Below, one piece after another: positions 1 through 10,019 of a stretch of 64,000 nt of DNA (positions within the stretch are counted from its first letter, which is position 1; each line of letters begins with the position of its first letter). The position numbers were made by a program, and so were the translations under genes. The notes beneath the pieces are model-generated. The model was not told the origin of the DNA. It worked only from the letters and a program-made list of their open reading frames with translations, and did no database searches. The DNA is taken from contig JALMLS010000185.1 in assembly GCA_038496445.1 (NCBI GenBank), positions 1-64,000 on the forward strand, in the 5' to 3' direction. This DNA comes from Trichosphaerium sp. ATCC 40318. Its lineage: Eukaryota; Protista; Tubulinea.

Positions 1-2
1 TA

Positions 3-185
3 CACAATATTAATTTAACATGCACCAGCGTATCAGATTACAGTGTAAGTGCGCTTAAAGGTGTGCATATAATAGATCTTAGCTATACTTGTGCAACTGA
101 TATAAGTATAAAAACTCTCAAAAGCGTTCACAAGTGTCGTGTAACGACATCAATATTTTCGAATCAAACTGTTGAACCTATGTAA
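3..185 (+). CDS. 3' end of F-box/LRR family gene (runs off window start)
   Basis: Frame from nt 3 reads HNINLTCTSVSDYSVSALKGVHIIDLSYTCATDISIKTLKSVHK...EPM*, the same GVHxIxL..VTD repeat as 2074-3141. Confidence 0.8.
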   Translation, partial: HNINLTCTSVSDYSVSALKGVHIIDLSYTCATDISIKTLKSVHKCRVTTSIFSNQTVEPM

Positions 186-429
186 ATACAGATTACTCCT
201 TACCTTTCCACGTAACACCCAGTCTTGAAGTATTAGCTAGACTTCACGACACAAGGTTATTCGTGTGAACATTGAGTAAAAAACCGGATTGAAAGCATGC
301 ATATGAGCTGTGGCTTGTTAACAATGAAACAAAGGATCTAATGTTGTAATGTATTTTTACAATTGGGATAGTTAAGACGAAGCACTCCACTGCGAATCTT
401 TAAATATATGAATTGTCAATGAGGCTATA

Positions 430-760
430 CAAAGTCTATTCTTCACCATTGTAAGCCACCCACTTGCATTCACTCCTGCTTCTCGTAGCCTCTCTACGGA
501 CTCAAATTGAAATGGCTCATCCAATCAATATGATAGATTTTATACTTGCATTCTAAAATTGTATCTATCGAGGTACACCTGCCTGTATCCAACAATATCA
601 TGAACAATATCAGCCATAAAATGACATGATTGAGCAACAGGAAATAAATCTTTGTCATCCACGTGATGTAGAATATTTGAAATGATTTCAGGAGGGAAAT
701 AAATGATGTTCTTGCACTTTTGTGTCCTTTTATTACAGTGACATACAAGTTTAAGCAAGA
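430..760 (-). pseudogene. Internally deleted F-box/LRR paralogue (F-box fused to C-terminal cap)
   Basis: KNIIYFPPEIISNILHHVDDKDLFPVAQSCHFMADIVHDIVGYRQVYL is nearly identical to the N-terminus of 20864-22234. It is followed, with frameshifts, by DTILE and FESVERLREAGV, resembling that gene's C-terminal DEILE and FESIKRLEGV. Confidence 0.7.
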
Positions 761-1278
761 TGTAGTCTGTCACAAGCAAGTGTTAAGATGAGTAACTAGA
801 ATTTAATGTTGCATTTGCTGTTGTAAACTGGCAGTAGCGAACAGAATATGACGACTTTTTTGGACTATTATCGCTTGTGACCATTTTATCTCCAAAAACT
901 CCTCAAATAGTGTCTCAACTTTATTTGCATATGGCCAACTGTAGACGCAGTACATCGGGGCTAAAGCCCTCACGGATGGCATTCATACCTGACAACCTTA
1001 TTTTACCTGAAATCTCATACAGACAAATGCAACAAATGCCTACGGACAACCAAACACGAAATGAACCACGTGTGAATAAACCAAAAAAAAATGAGACAAA
1101 TTACAGTTCAACAAACAAGTACGCTTCCCTTCTATACATCTTAATAAGCTTCAAGTGATTTTAAAGTTATAACTGACTAACTTGTTAATTAAGTATAAAT
1201 CCTGTTGAACACGATCCAGTTGACTTCGCCAAGCAGCAATCAAAGTACAGAAGAATCCAAAAAATAAAATGTCATTAT

Positions 1279-1464
1279 TTGACACCCTTTTTTAGTTTCA
1301 GCCCTATCCTAATAGCAGATGATGAGCAGATTACCAGAGAACTCAATGGTTTATCCAGTCTTGTTGAAGTTGGTTTTATTACTCCAAGTGAGTACAATAA
1401 ACGGAGAAAGTGCTTGTTGTTAACACAAAAGTTGACTTGTGAGCATTTGTACATGGTACCATAG
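1279..1464 (+). pseudogene. Possible exon or remnant with SHOCT-like motif
   Basis: ELNGLSSLVEVGFITPSEYNKRRKCLL fits the SHOCT pattern L..L.e.G.It..Ey...k..lL; no complete gene model found. Confidence 0.35.
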
Positions 1465-2073
1465 ATTTTGTTTTATTTGTATTGATACAGATATACAGGT
1501 CTTCCAACCGAGGTGGGAATGGGTGTAAAAGCACAATCTACACAAGCATAAGGTTGTACACAACTCAATAAACAGTCGCGTATTCAAGTTTTATACCATT
1601 GGTGCTTTGAGTAAAAGCTAATACCGTACTTGAAGGCAATAGTATGTTTATCTGGCTTTATATACAGCCACATGTTGGCGTAAACCCCTACAGCATTCCC
1701 TCAGTTGGAAACAAGCTTTTGAGTATCTTATCCAAACGGTCTCAAGTCTGAGGGAGTGCACTCCTTCGGGAGCAGTAAGTTTCAGTATGATAGTTTTTTC
1801 CGCTTGATCGATTGTGTTTGTTTAGTGAGATGTGACACCAAGCATTACTTAATGCTACCATGTATCTTCTAAGCAACGTCTTTTATGCTTAGCGTGTGAC
1901 TTGTAGTGAAAGTGTAGAAAGTACTCCACATGGGAACGTGATATCAGTACTGTTAAGCAAAGTAAACTCAAAAATGATTAGAACCTTTATGGCCGGCGAC
2001 ATTGTCACAAGAAAAGGTACGTGGGCTATGGCTTTTATTGATTACTATCATAGTGATGTACAACTTGGCACTT

Positions 2074-3141
2074 TTAATCCAAAAAAAGACTATGAACTCC
2101 GGCCAGTTGTTTAACACCTTCATTCGTTACTTTCTTACAGCCACGCAGGCTAATAGTATGAACTCCAGTAAGTGCTTTAATACCTTCATCAGTTACTATT
2201 GTGTTGTTAAGATATATTGTATGAACACCACCTAATTCTTTGAGGCTTGTGTCTGTTACATTAGTATTAGAAAGGTTAATTCTATAAACCCCAGCCAGTG
2301 CCTTGATACCATCATCAGTGACTTTCCAACAGCGCTTTAAATTAATTGTATGTACGCCAGCTAATGCCTTAATACCTTTGTTAGTTACTGAAGTTCTACT
2401 CAGATTAATATCATGAACTCCAACTAAAGCCTTTACACCACTATTCGTCACTCTTGTGTTATGAAGGTTAATTGTATGAACACCAACCAAAGCCTTAATA
2501 CCGTGATTGGTTACTTTTCTACAACTGCTAAGATTAATTTTGTGAACGCCAGCCAATGATTTAATGCCTTCATCAGTCACACATGTATGTGCTAGATTGA
2601 TAGTATGAACACCAGCTAATGGTTTAATGCCTTCATCAGTAACACGTGTGAATGAAACATCGATTGTATGTACACCAGCCAACGCCTTGATACCTGTATC
2701 TGTCAATTGGCGCATGTTAAATAAATCTATTCTTTTGATTCCAGAAAGTTGTATGAGGTGATCATCAGTAATATACCAACTAAAGTCTATGCTTTCAGCT
2801 TTTAAGTCCGTGAAATCTATCTTCTTGATGTTATTATTACAAAGTCTAAGGCAGTACACTCCTTGAAGATACTGTAATTGTTTCTGTTTGATAGGGAACT
2901 TGATGGTTATCGTGCTTGTTTTAATTAGATGAGGCATTGTTTTGTACAGTTTTTTGAGTGATTGTTTTGATGTGATGACAATCTCTCTTCTGTTTATGTA
3001 TCCCATGTGTTGTATTGCGACAATTTTTAATAATTTTGAAGTACGTACTACCGAATGCATAGTTAACTTAGAAACAAACTGTAGAATGTAAATAATGACT
3101 TCAACAGGAATCTCATCAAAGAACGTGCTGTTTGAATTCAT
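2074..3141 (-). CDS. F-box + LRR protein (355 aa, intronless)
   Basis: N-terminal FDEIPVEVIIYILQFV F-box followed by about 9 tandem LAGVHTINL..T.VTDEGIK repeats. Confidence 0.9.
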   Translation of the reverse strand: MNSNSTFFDEIPVEVIIYILQFVSKLTMHSVVRTSKLLKIVAIQHMGYINRREIVITSKQSLKKLYKTMPHLIKTSTITIKFPIKQKQLQYLQGVYCLRLCNNNIKKIDFTDLKAESIDFSWYITDDHLIQLSGIKRIDLFNMRQLTDTGIKALAGVHTIDVSFTRVTDEGIKPLAGVHTINLAHTCVTDEGIKSLAGVHKINLSSCRKVTNHGIKALVGVHTINLHNTRVTNSGVKALVGVHDINLSRTSVTNKGIKALAGVHTINLKRCWKVTDDGIKALAGVYRINLSNTNVTDTSLKELGGVHTIYLNNTIVTDEGIKALTGVHTISLRGCKKVTNEGVKQLAGVHSLFLD

Positions 3142-3679
3142 TTTGTATCTAAAAGAGATGTAGGTTGTATGGTAGATCCTGTGTAGTAGAGACCACGAAA
3201 ATATATTTATTCGTAGTGGAGTTATGACTTAGAGTGACCTTAATGATGATCACGCCATCAAGACCCTGCTTAGGGTGAACCTGCGTGTCCGTGTGAACAT
3301 GTAGCTTGTAACTAAAAAGAGAATTTTAACTTTAAACAAGAGTTACAATGTCTACAATCAGTAACGAACAATCTTCCAGGTACATACCTCTTTACAATAG
3401 TTTGGCGAGACACGTGATAAAAACAAAAACAAATCGAATGCTCTGTTTCATTTTTCGCATTATCGAAACTCTTTAAGACGATGGCTTCAAATAGCTCCTA
3501 CCGTCCAGCCACCTGCTCTAGTAGATGCTAAAGAAAAGTTGCACATATTAGTATGGTTTTTCCTTGTCTCTTTTTAGTGTACAAATCAAGAGCAAGTTAC
3601 AAAGGCTAACAGCATGCTTTACACTAAAGAAGAGACTACGGGGAAAACAAACTTGTGAGTGTGATTTTAATATAATGGT

Positions 3680-4537
3680 TTATTTCATAGTTTTACTTCT
3701 GATAAACTTTTCTATAGTAGCTGCTAGGACAGATAACTCGAGATCAAGATCTATTTCAAGCTGCATTGCCATCTTCTTTAAGAATGCTTGAAATTGAACT
3801 TTTTCAGGGTTTTGTGTTTCCAACGCAAATAGCTCTCTTTTAACCTGTTCTAGCACGTTTTCTGAATGCATCACTTCTGTTTTTGCATGTATACTTTGTA
3901 TTATACATGGTTCTATCGCTTGTTTGTATCGGTCTTCAAGTATCTGTTCTTCATTCAATATCAATTGTCCTTGTTCCTTTATTTTTCTTATATCATCACG
4001 TGAGCTGAGGATACATTCTTCTAGAACACGTTTCTGTTTGCTATACATTCTCGTAAGTTCATTGTGCTGTTTTTCATGTGCTTCAAGGACAGCAGTTGCA
4101 TGAGAGAGATTTTTCTTGATAATTGCGATTTCTTCTTGTTTTTTCTTCAGTTCTTTTTTTACAGCCTCTGTTGTTGCGTGTACTTCATTGTTACTTATAA
4201 TTTGTTTCTGAGCATTTTTGTAACAAGATTGTAGGTGTTGTAGTTTTGCTGTTTGATTTTGAATGATAATATTTCGAGCTCTAGTTTGTTGATTGAAATT
4301 TGATTGAATTTGTTTAAAGAAACAAGTCACATCTTGCATTGTCAACTTATTCTCCTTAGAAGAACAGTGTTTTCTAAAGTTATTTGCATATAGGTTACAA
4401 ACATGTTGTCTTTTTTCAGGAGTGGCAGCGTTAAGCATGATATCTGGTAAAAAGGGACCGCCAGTGATTTTTCTTCTTTTTTTTGGACGTGTATCAATAA
4501 CATATGATGGTTGGTTGTTTTGTGTAATTGAGTTCAT
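3680..4537 (-). CDS. Intronless coiled-coil protein with basic NLS-like motif (285 aa), function unknown
   Basis: Long ORF in AT-rich DNA; RPKKRRK near the N-terminus; Q/E/K/L-rich heptad-like remainder. Confidence 0.7.
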   Translation of the reverse strand: MNSITQNNQPSYVIDTRPKKRRKITGGPFLPDIMLNAATPEKRQHVCNLYANNFRKHCSSKENKLTMQDVTCFFKQIQSNFNQQTRARNIIIQNQTAKLQHLQSCYKNAQKQIISNNEVHATTEAVKKELKKKQEEIAIIKKNLSHATAVLEAHEKQHNELTRMYSKQKRVLEECILSSRDDIRKIKEQGQLILNEEQILEDRYKQAIEPCIIQSIHAKTEVMHSENVLEQVKRELFALETQNPEKVQFQAFLKKMAMQLEIDLDLELSVLAATIEKFIRSKTMK

Positions 4538-4966
4538 CGTGGTTTTATTGCTGTTATTGTTGGGAGGTGTGTTGATTGTTGTTGAGTTGTTTAAAAAATG
4601 AACGAAAAAACCTAGATTGAAAAAGAGCTAAGGCAACTGATTGATTAGGTACAACTTAATCATGAATTTGTATCAATCTACTGATAGATTGGTTAACTAT
4701 TTGTTTGTAAGGAGAGTAATTTTTCTTGTGTATTTTTTCTTATCAAAGATGCGAGTAATCAATCATGTAATCAATCTCGTGTTGATTGAAAAATTATTGG
4801 ATTCATGTGATTGATAAGAGGCATGCCACATTATTCTTATTGAATGACGTTAACTGCAGGAAACTTGTTTTAGCTTCCAATAACTGGTATTTGGCTATTG
4901 CTCTACCACACCACTACTTTTAAGTGTTTGGTAGCTACACTTTTTTACCACTAAAACACTTCTTTT

Positions 4967-5023
4967 ATGGCCTGCACAAAGCCAACTGCACGTAGATCGA
5001 CTGGTGGTAAAGCCTCCATGTAA
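4967..5023 (+). pseudogene. Histone H3 N-terminal-tail-like fragment
   Basis: ATG...TAA translates as MACTKPTARRSTGGKASM*, versus canonical MARTKQTARKSTGGKAPR; no histone fold downstream. Confidence 0.7.
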
Positions 5024-5185
5024 ACTACATGCTAAACCCACCCACACCCCAAGTGGAAAACCAAAGTCTCTTTGAGAAAAAGCGAAACTTTGCTTGTAAA
5101 CTTGACACTTTTTTTTTTTAACGAAATTAGAAAGGCTTCGTTTATTGACATTTTGCTCGACAAATGAGGCAAAGACAAATTCAGT

Positions 5186-6250
5186 TTACAGGTTTGACAA
5201 CATATAATATCCAGTTGGCTCCAACGAAATACCTTGTGCTACTCCTGGTTGAGGAACCTACAAAGTAGTTAGCGAACTACTGCTTTAAAAAAGTGACGTG
5301 TACCTTTGTTTCTTGATACACTTCCTGGTTTGATGAAGGCTCTTCTACTGATTTACCCTTGAAGAAAAGACTGTAAAAAGTTGAACTACAAAAAAAAAAC
5401 AACATATTTAAAAGCAACCCTGGTACCTCCTCTTGGATCCATTTGTAAAGCCTGAAGCTACACATAATGCTCAATATTTGTAGAATTGCGATGAGCCACG
5501 AAGCGATGGCGTATACTATCCAGCATCGGAGTGCAAAAGCCAACAGGTAAGCATAAAAGATCATCAAAGCCGAATGAATACAACCGTTCTAGCATTATTA
5601 GTTTGCACTTGTGGTTATTTGTCCGTCCCAAGCAAGGTTGCCGAAAAAACTAAGAATGTACAGATCTGCAGGCACAGTTTGAGATTTGACAGGTTTGACA
5701 GATCTACAAGGTTGTCCAACTTGTAACAGAACTATCATAACTGAAGCTGTTGATGTGTAAAGCTTCGCTTAAAGGTGACAGATATTACAGTTCTGACAGA
5801 ACTTTTATACGCTGTGCTAGATCTTGCCTTTTGAACGAATACAGTTTGCATATTTTGCTCTGATTTTTCGTGCTTGCTTGCGACAGACAATAATTACTCA
5901 ACTGACGTACAACCAAGAAAAGGTAAGCTGAACGTTGGCGAGAAATATAGTAGCTAAAGCCAAGCATGAAGTACCTACAATCACATCAGAAGTTTACATC
6001 ACGTGTATCAGTACCACGTAATAAAATATAAGCGAGAGTGTGGTCCCATATAATATGCTACAAATGACATAACTTGAGAAACAGCCGAGAGTGCCTAAGA
6101 GATTTAACAAAACTCATTGGGATTGGTGAAGAAAAAGTATCGCTGTATTACTGTATACAGTTTGGTGAGGTTTGGTATACGTACGGCTTGTATCATTATT
6201 ATCCAGCCTGATTTTTTGACAAGGTCGTCAATGCGTTCAGTGAGGTTCAT
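5186..6250 (-). CDS. Multi-exon ~4-TM membrane protein, family copy A
   Basis: Exons MNLTERIDDLVKKSGWIIMIQA / ...FITW / YFMLGFSYYISRQRSAYLFLV / NGCIHSALMIFYAYLLAFALRCWIVYAIASWLIAILQILSIMCSFRLYKWIQEE / acidic tail ending GYIMLSNL*; GT-AG junctions shared with paralogues. Confidence 0.65.
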
Positions 6251-6463
6251 AGTGTTGTTGCTTACTAGTAAAAAATCAAAAAACGAATATGGATCTTGAT
6301 TGACTCGGTTTTGTTTGGTGTGGTATTTCAAAAAAACCCAAGTGTTAAGCACTATCCTATTACACACTGTTTTTGTTTAAACGCTCGCACTTCAATTTCA
6401 TTGAAAAAAACTTAACTCTTCTACCGTTAAGCCATTAAGTTATATAGATTTGTACTACATGCA

Positions 6464-7026
6464 ATGTGTGTTAAAAGCAGTATACATGACAAAAAACGAC
6501 AAAAAAAGGTGCTGTGATTAACTTGTGTTTTGCTTTCTACAAAAGAGTTCTACAACCCCATCAAACTACTTTTTCGAGTTTTAATCCATTGTGTGACTGA
6601 CTAGCCGGTATTAGCTGCAAAGGATATAAAAAACTCAAAACGAGACTAGTACATTCCTCTTCGCTAATTACATTTCTTGATCACGTGTTTTAGTGATTAT
6701 GAATACGCGAAAGCATGGGTTCAAGAGCTTGATAGATATGCACCAAAGGATATCCAAGCAATACTTGTTGGAACAAAGAGTGATCTCATTGAAGAACATG
6801 CTGTTGATACTGATGTTGCCCAGGTATTAACAATAGTTCCATTTTTATTGGTTTGTTAATTAAATGTAGGAATTTGCTGATGAACATGAGATGGAGTTTA
6901 TTGAAATATCTTCCAAAGATGCAATCAATGGTATGTTTACATCAACACATACAAGCGTATAACTTTATTGTTGTAGTTACAGAAGCATTTATTCTGTTAA
7001 CAGCAATGATAGTTAAATCAAAGTGA
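6464..7026 (+). pseudogene. Rab1-derived GTPase copy with in-frame deletion of G1-G3
   Basis: Same exon layout as the paralogues. DYEY joins directly to [27 protein letters not shown]; ends [25 protein letters not shown]; starts MCVKSS instead of MGxKSS. Confidence 0.75.
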
Positions 7027-7029
7027 TTT

Positions 7030-7520
7030 CACATCATTGGAACATACTGGAATGACAAAGAAACCACTCAAAATTGTAGTATGTACCTCTGCCTCTTTGC
7101 ATATTCCTCATCTGATAAAGACGCTTCAATGTCGTCAAACTGCAATGACGTATCCTACGAAAAAAAAAAAGGTGAGTTGTTGAAGAAATAAAATAGACTA
7201 ATAAAGAACCACGTTACCTCTTTTGGGATCAAATTGTAAATCGTAAAGCTATACCAAACACTCACACAGCGTTATTCCAATATAAAACCACACACTACGT
7301 GTATTCCCAGCATTCATGTTTTAGGAGAGAAAGCCAGTATGACCAGATACACAAAAGTCAAAGTTGAATGAATACAACCGTTCTATTAGTATAATCAGCC
7401 TGTCGTTCACTACAGAAACATTTAAAATTCTCAACAGACGTACAACGAAGAAAAGGTAAGCTGAACGTTGGAGAAAGGACGTAGCTAAAGCAAGTATGAT
7501 ATACCTACAATCACATATTT
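7030..7520 (-). pseudogene. 4-TM membrane family copy B (partial or degenerate)
   Basis: Shares acctacaatcacat, aggtaagctgaacgttgg and tgaatacaaccgttct blocks and intron positions with copy A; 5' exons not found. Confidence 0.55.
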
Positions 7521-8110
7521 AGATTACAGTTTTCAAAAAACCCGTGTTTCTTTAAGAACGTCTGTGACATTAATGGAAAACGGAGTGCTTAAATTTCAAA
7601 CAATAACTTTCGGTTCTTAACAATTTCTTATCCAGGACATTCACATGTGATAAACGACAAAGTAAAGTTGTACGAACAATCACATGACTTTTATATCACC
7701 TTATCAACACTACTGGGTTGGTATCAACAGTGTCAGGACTTCTCATATTGGTAGTGAAGCCAATGTTCATCTACTCAAAATCCACGTGATGTTATGACTA
7801 ACAAGCCTCAGGAATTACAGACAACCGATGTCGATGGCTATTAACAGTGATCTTATAATGTGAAGGGTTTCGTTTCTAACAGAACTTGTAAGGACATCAT
7901 CACTCACTATTGTTGAGTGTAAGGTGTTTGGTTTTTGTTGCTCAAAAATGCAAGTTTGACAAGATCTGAAAGTGCACTTTACTAAGTAGTTCTGTTCACC
8001 TAAGGACGTGTTTCAGACTAGAAAAAAAGGGTAATCAGACTGATGCCAGATAACATTGTATGTCTTTATTTACTCAACAATGACCAATTAGTTGCTGGTA
8101 GAGTTAGTTG

Positions 8111-9061
8111 TTATTCATCATTCTCGAGTATTGCGGCTGATAGCAAAATAAACATTTCATTTACTATGACAACAAAGTTAGCCATTTTGCTTACAGACCT
8201 ACACGTACCATTGATTGCATCTTTGGAAGATATTTCAATAAACTCCATCTCATGTTCATCAGCAAATTCCTAAATTTAATTAACAAACAAAAATGAAACT
8301 ATTGTTATACCTGGGCAATATCAGTATCAACAGCATGTTCTTCAATGAGATCACTCTTTGTTCCAACAAGTATTGCTTGGATTTCATATCTTTCAACTTC
8401 TTGTGCCCACCTTTTGATATTTTGAAACGTCTCTAAGTTTGTAGTATCATACATTATCAAAGCACCATTGGAACGTCGAAAGTACCTGCCATATCTTGCG
8501 TATTTTTCATCACCTATTAAAACGAAATAATTTAATGTAATAATCTCAATCAACACTCACAAAACTGATCCCAAATTTGTAGCTTGATGGTTTTCTCAAA
8601 TACTTGTATGTATTTCTCTCTCTACATCTTGTTAACATGTGCATTTTAAAGTACCAAAAGTGTCATACAAAGTTAACACTGACTGTAGGTATGAATGGTT
8701 CTGTATATGTATCATCAACAAATCTACGTATAGCACTGCTTTTTCCAACACCAGGATCTCCAAAGGTAATTATTTTGTATTCATAACCACTAAAAACACG
8801 TGGTCAAGAAAAATCGGAAAGAGCCAAAGAGGAATGTACTAGTCTTGTATGGGCGTTTCAACTTTCAAGGCTAATATGAGTGTATCAGTTACTCACACTA
8901 GGCGATTACAATTTGTAAAAAAAACTTTTCGAGTGTTTGTAAAGGGGTAGTGGAAGTCTTTTGTAGAGCTCAGAGCAAAATATACAGAGAAATCAAGTTT
9001 AACAGTTCTCACCTTTTTTTCTTCGTTTGTTGTTACTCGCTTTGCTGCTTTTACCACCCAT
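8111..9061 (-). CDS. Divergent Rab1-derived GTPase, N-terminal MGGKSSK, no C-terminal Cys
   Basis: YKIITFGDPGVGKSSAIRRFVDDTYTEPFIPTVSVNF / KTIKLQIWDQ / VGTKSDL / EISSKDAIN / ...AILENDE*. Confidence 0.8.
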
Positions 9062-9299
9062 ATTAGTTTTTGGTTTAACCTATCTTTCTATTTAACTTTC
9101 AACGAACCAAAACATGCCTTAACAGGTATTTCAAATTCGACATATGTTAACACCGACCTAAGATTGCTACAACGTACCTTAGAAGCGTTCGAATAAATCA
9201 GGTGATTGTACAGCTCTAAGAAAACCGGTTTTCGACTTACCCGTGCGTGGCAATTCGTAACTGGTTCGGTTATGGTGAAAATGAACAGTTATTGGCTTC

Positions 9300-9830
9300 A
9301 TTAGAAGCCACTAAAGGCTTTTATTACTCCAGACTACTCTCATACGCTGTAAAAACAATCTATAAGTTTGAGCGAAAGTGACAAACTATTTTATTGAGTA
9401 GATTTTTGCTACAGTTTGCCCTTGTCTAACGTGTACCTCCTTTTGGATCCATTTGTAAAGCGAAAAGCTACACCAAATACTAACACATTGTATTTCTGCA
9501 ACAGGGATGCCACACATCGCGTGTATCCTTGAGCATTCATGTTTGTTGAAAGTGAAACCAATACGCACAGATACAAAATTGTCAAAACCAGATGAATACA
9601 ACAGTTCTGTTAGCACTAATCAGTGACGTTTCACAAAGCAAAAAAGAACTGGAGAAAAGTAACGCAAGTAAGAAAAGGTAAGCTGAACGTTGGCGAGAAA
9701 TATAGTAGCTAAAGCCAAGGATGAAGTACCTACAATCACATTAGAAGTTTACATCAAGTTTTCTTTAGCATTATCAGTACCACGGAATAAAATACAATTG
9801 AGTGTATGTCCCAACACAATCTATAAATAA
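9300..9830 (-). pseudogene. 4-TM membrane family copy C (partial or degenerate)
   Basis: 9670-9790 is nearly identical to 5915-6025; exon ends CSFSLYKWIQKE. Confidence 0.55.
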
Positions 9831-10019
9831 AACTGAAAGTTGACCTAAACGAAAAAATATGAACAAACAAACATACCAAACAAAAGCGATCAGCTCTAGC
9901 AGGTGGAAATCGTTTTGGGGTGGTACAAAATGACATGTGTGAGTTAAAGGCTGACATTCATACCATAAGCTTGGTAGAACTTAGTGGTAAGCTAGGGAGT
10001 GTAGATCTCGGGTAGTCCT

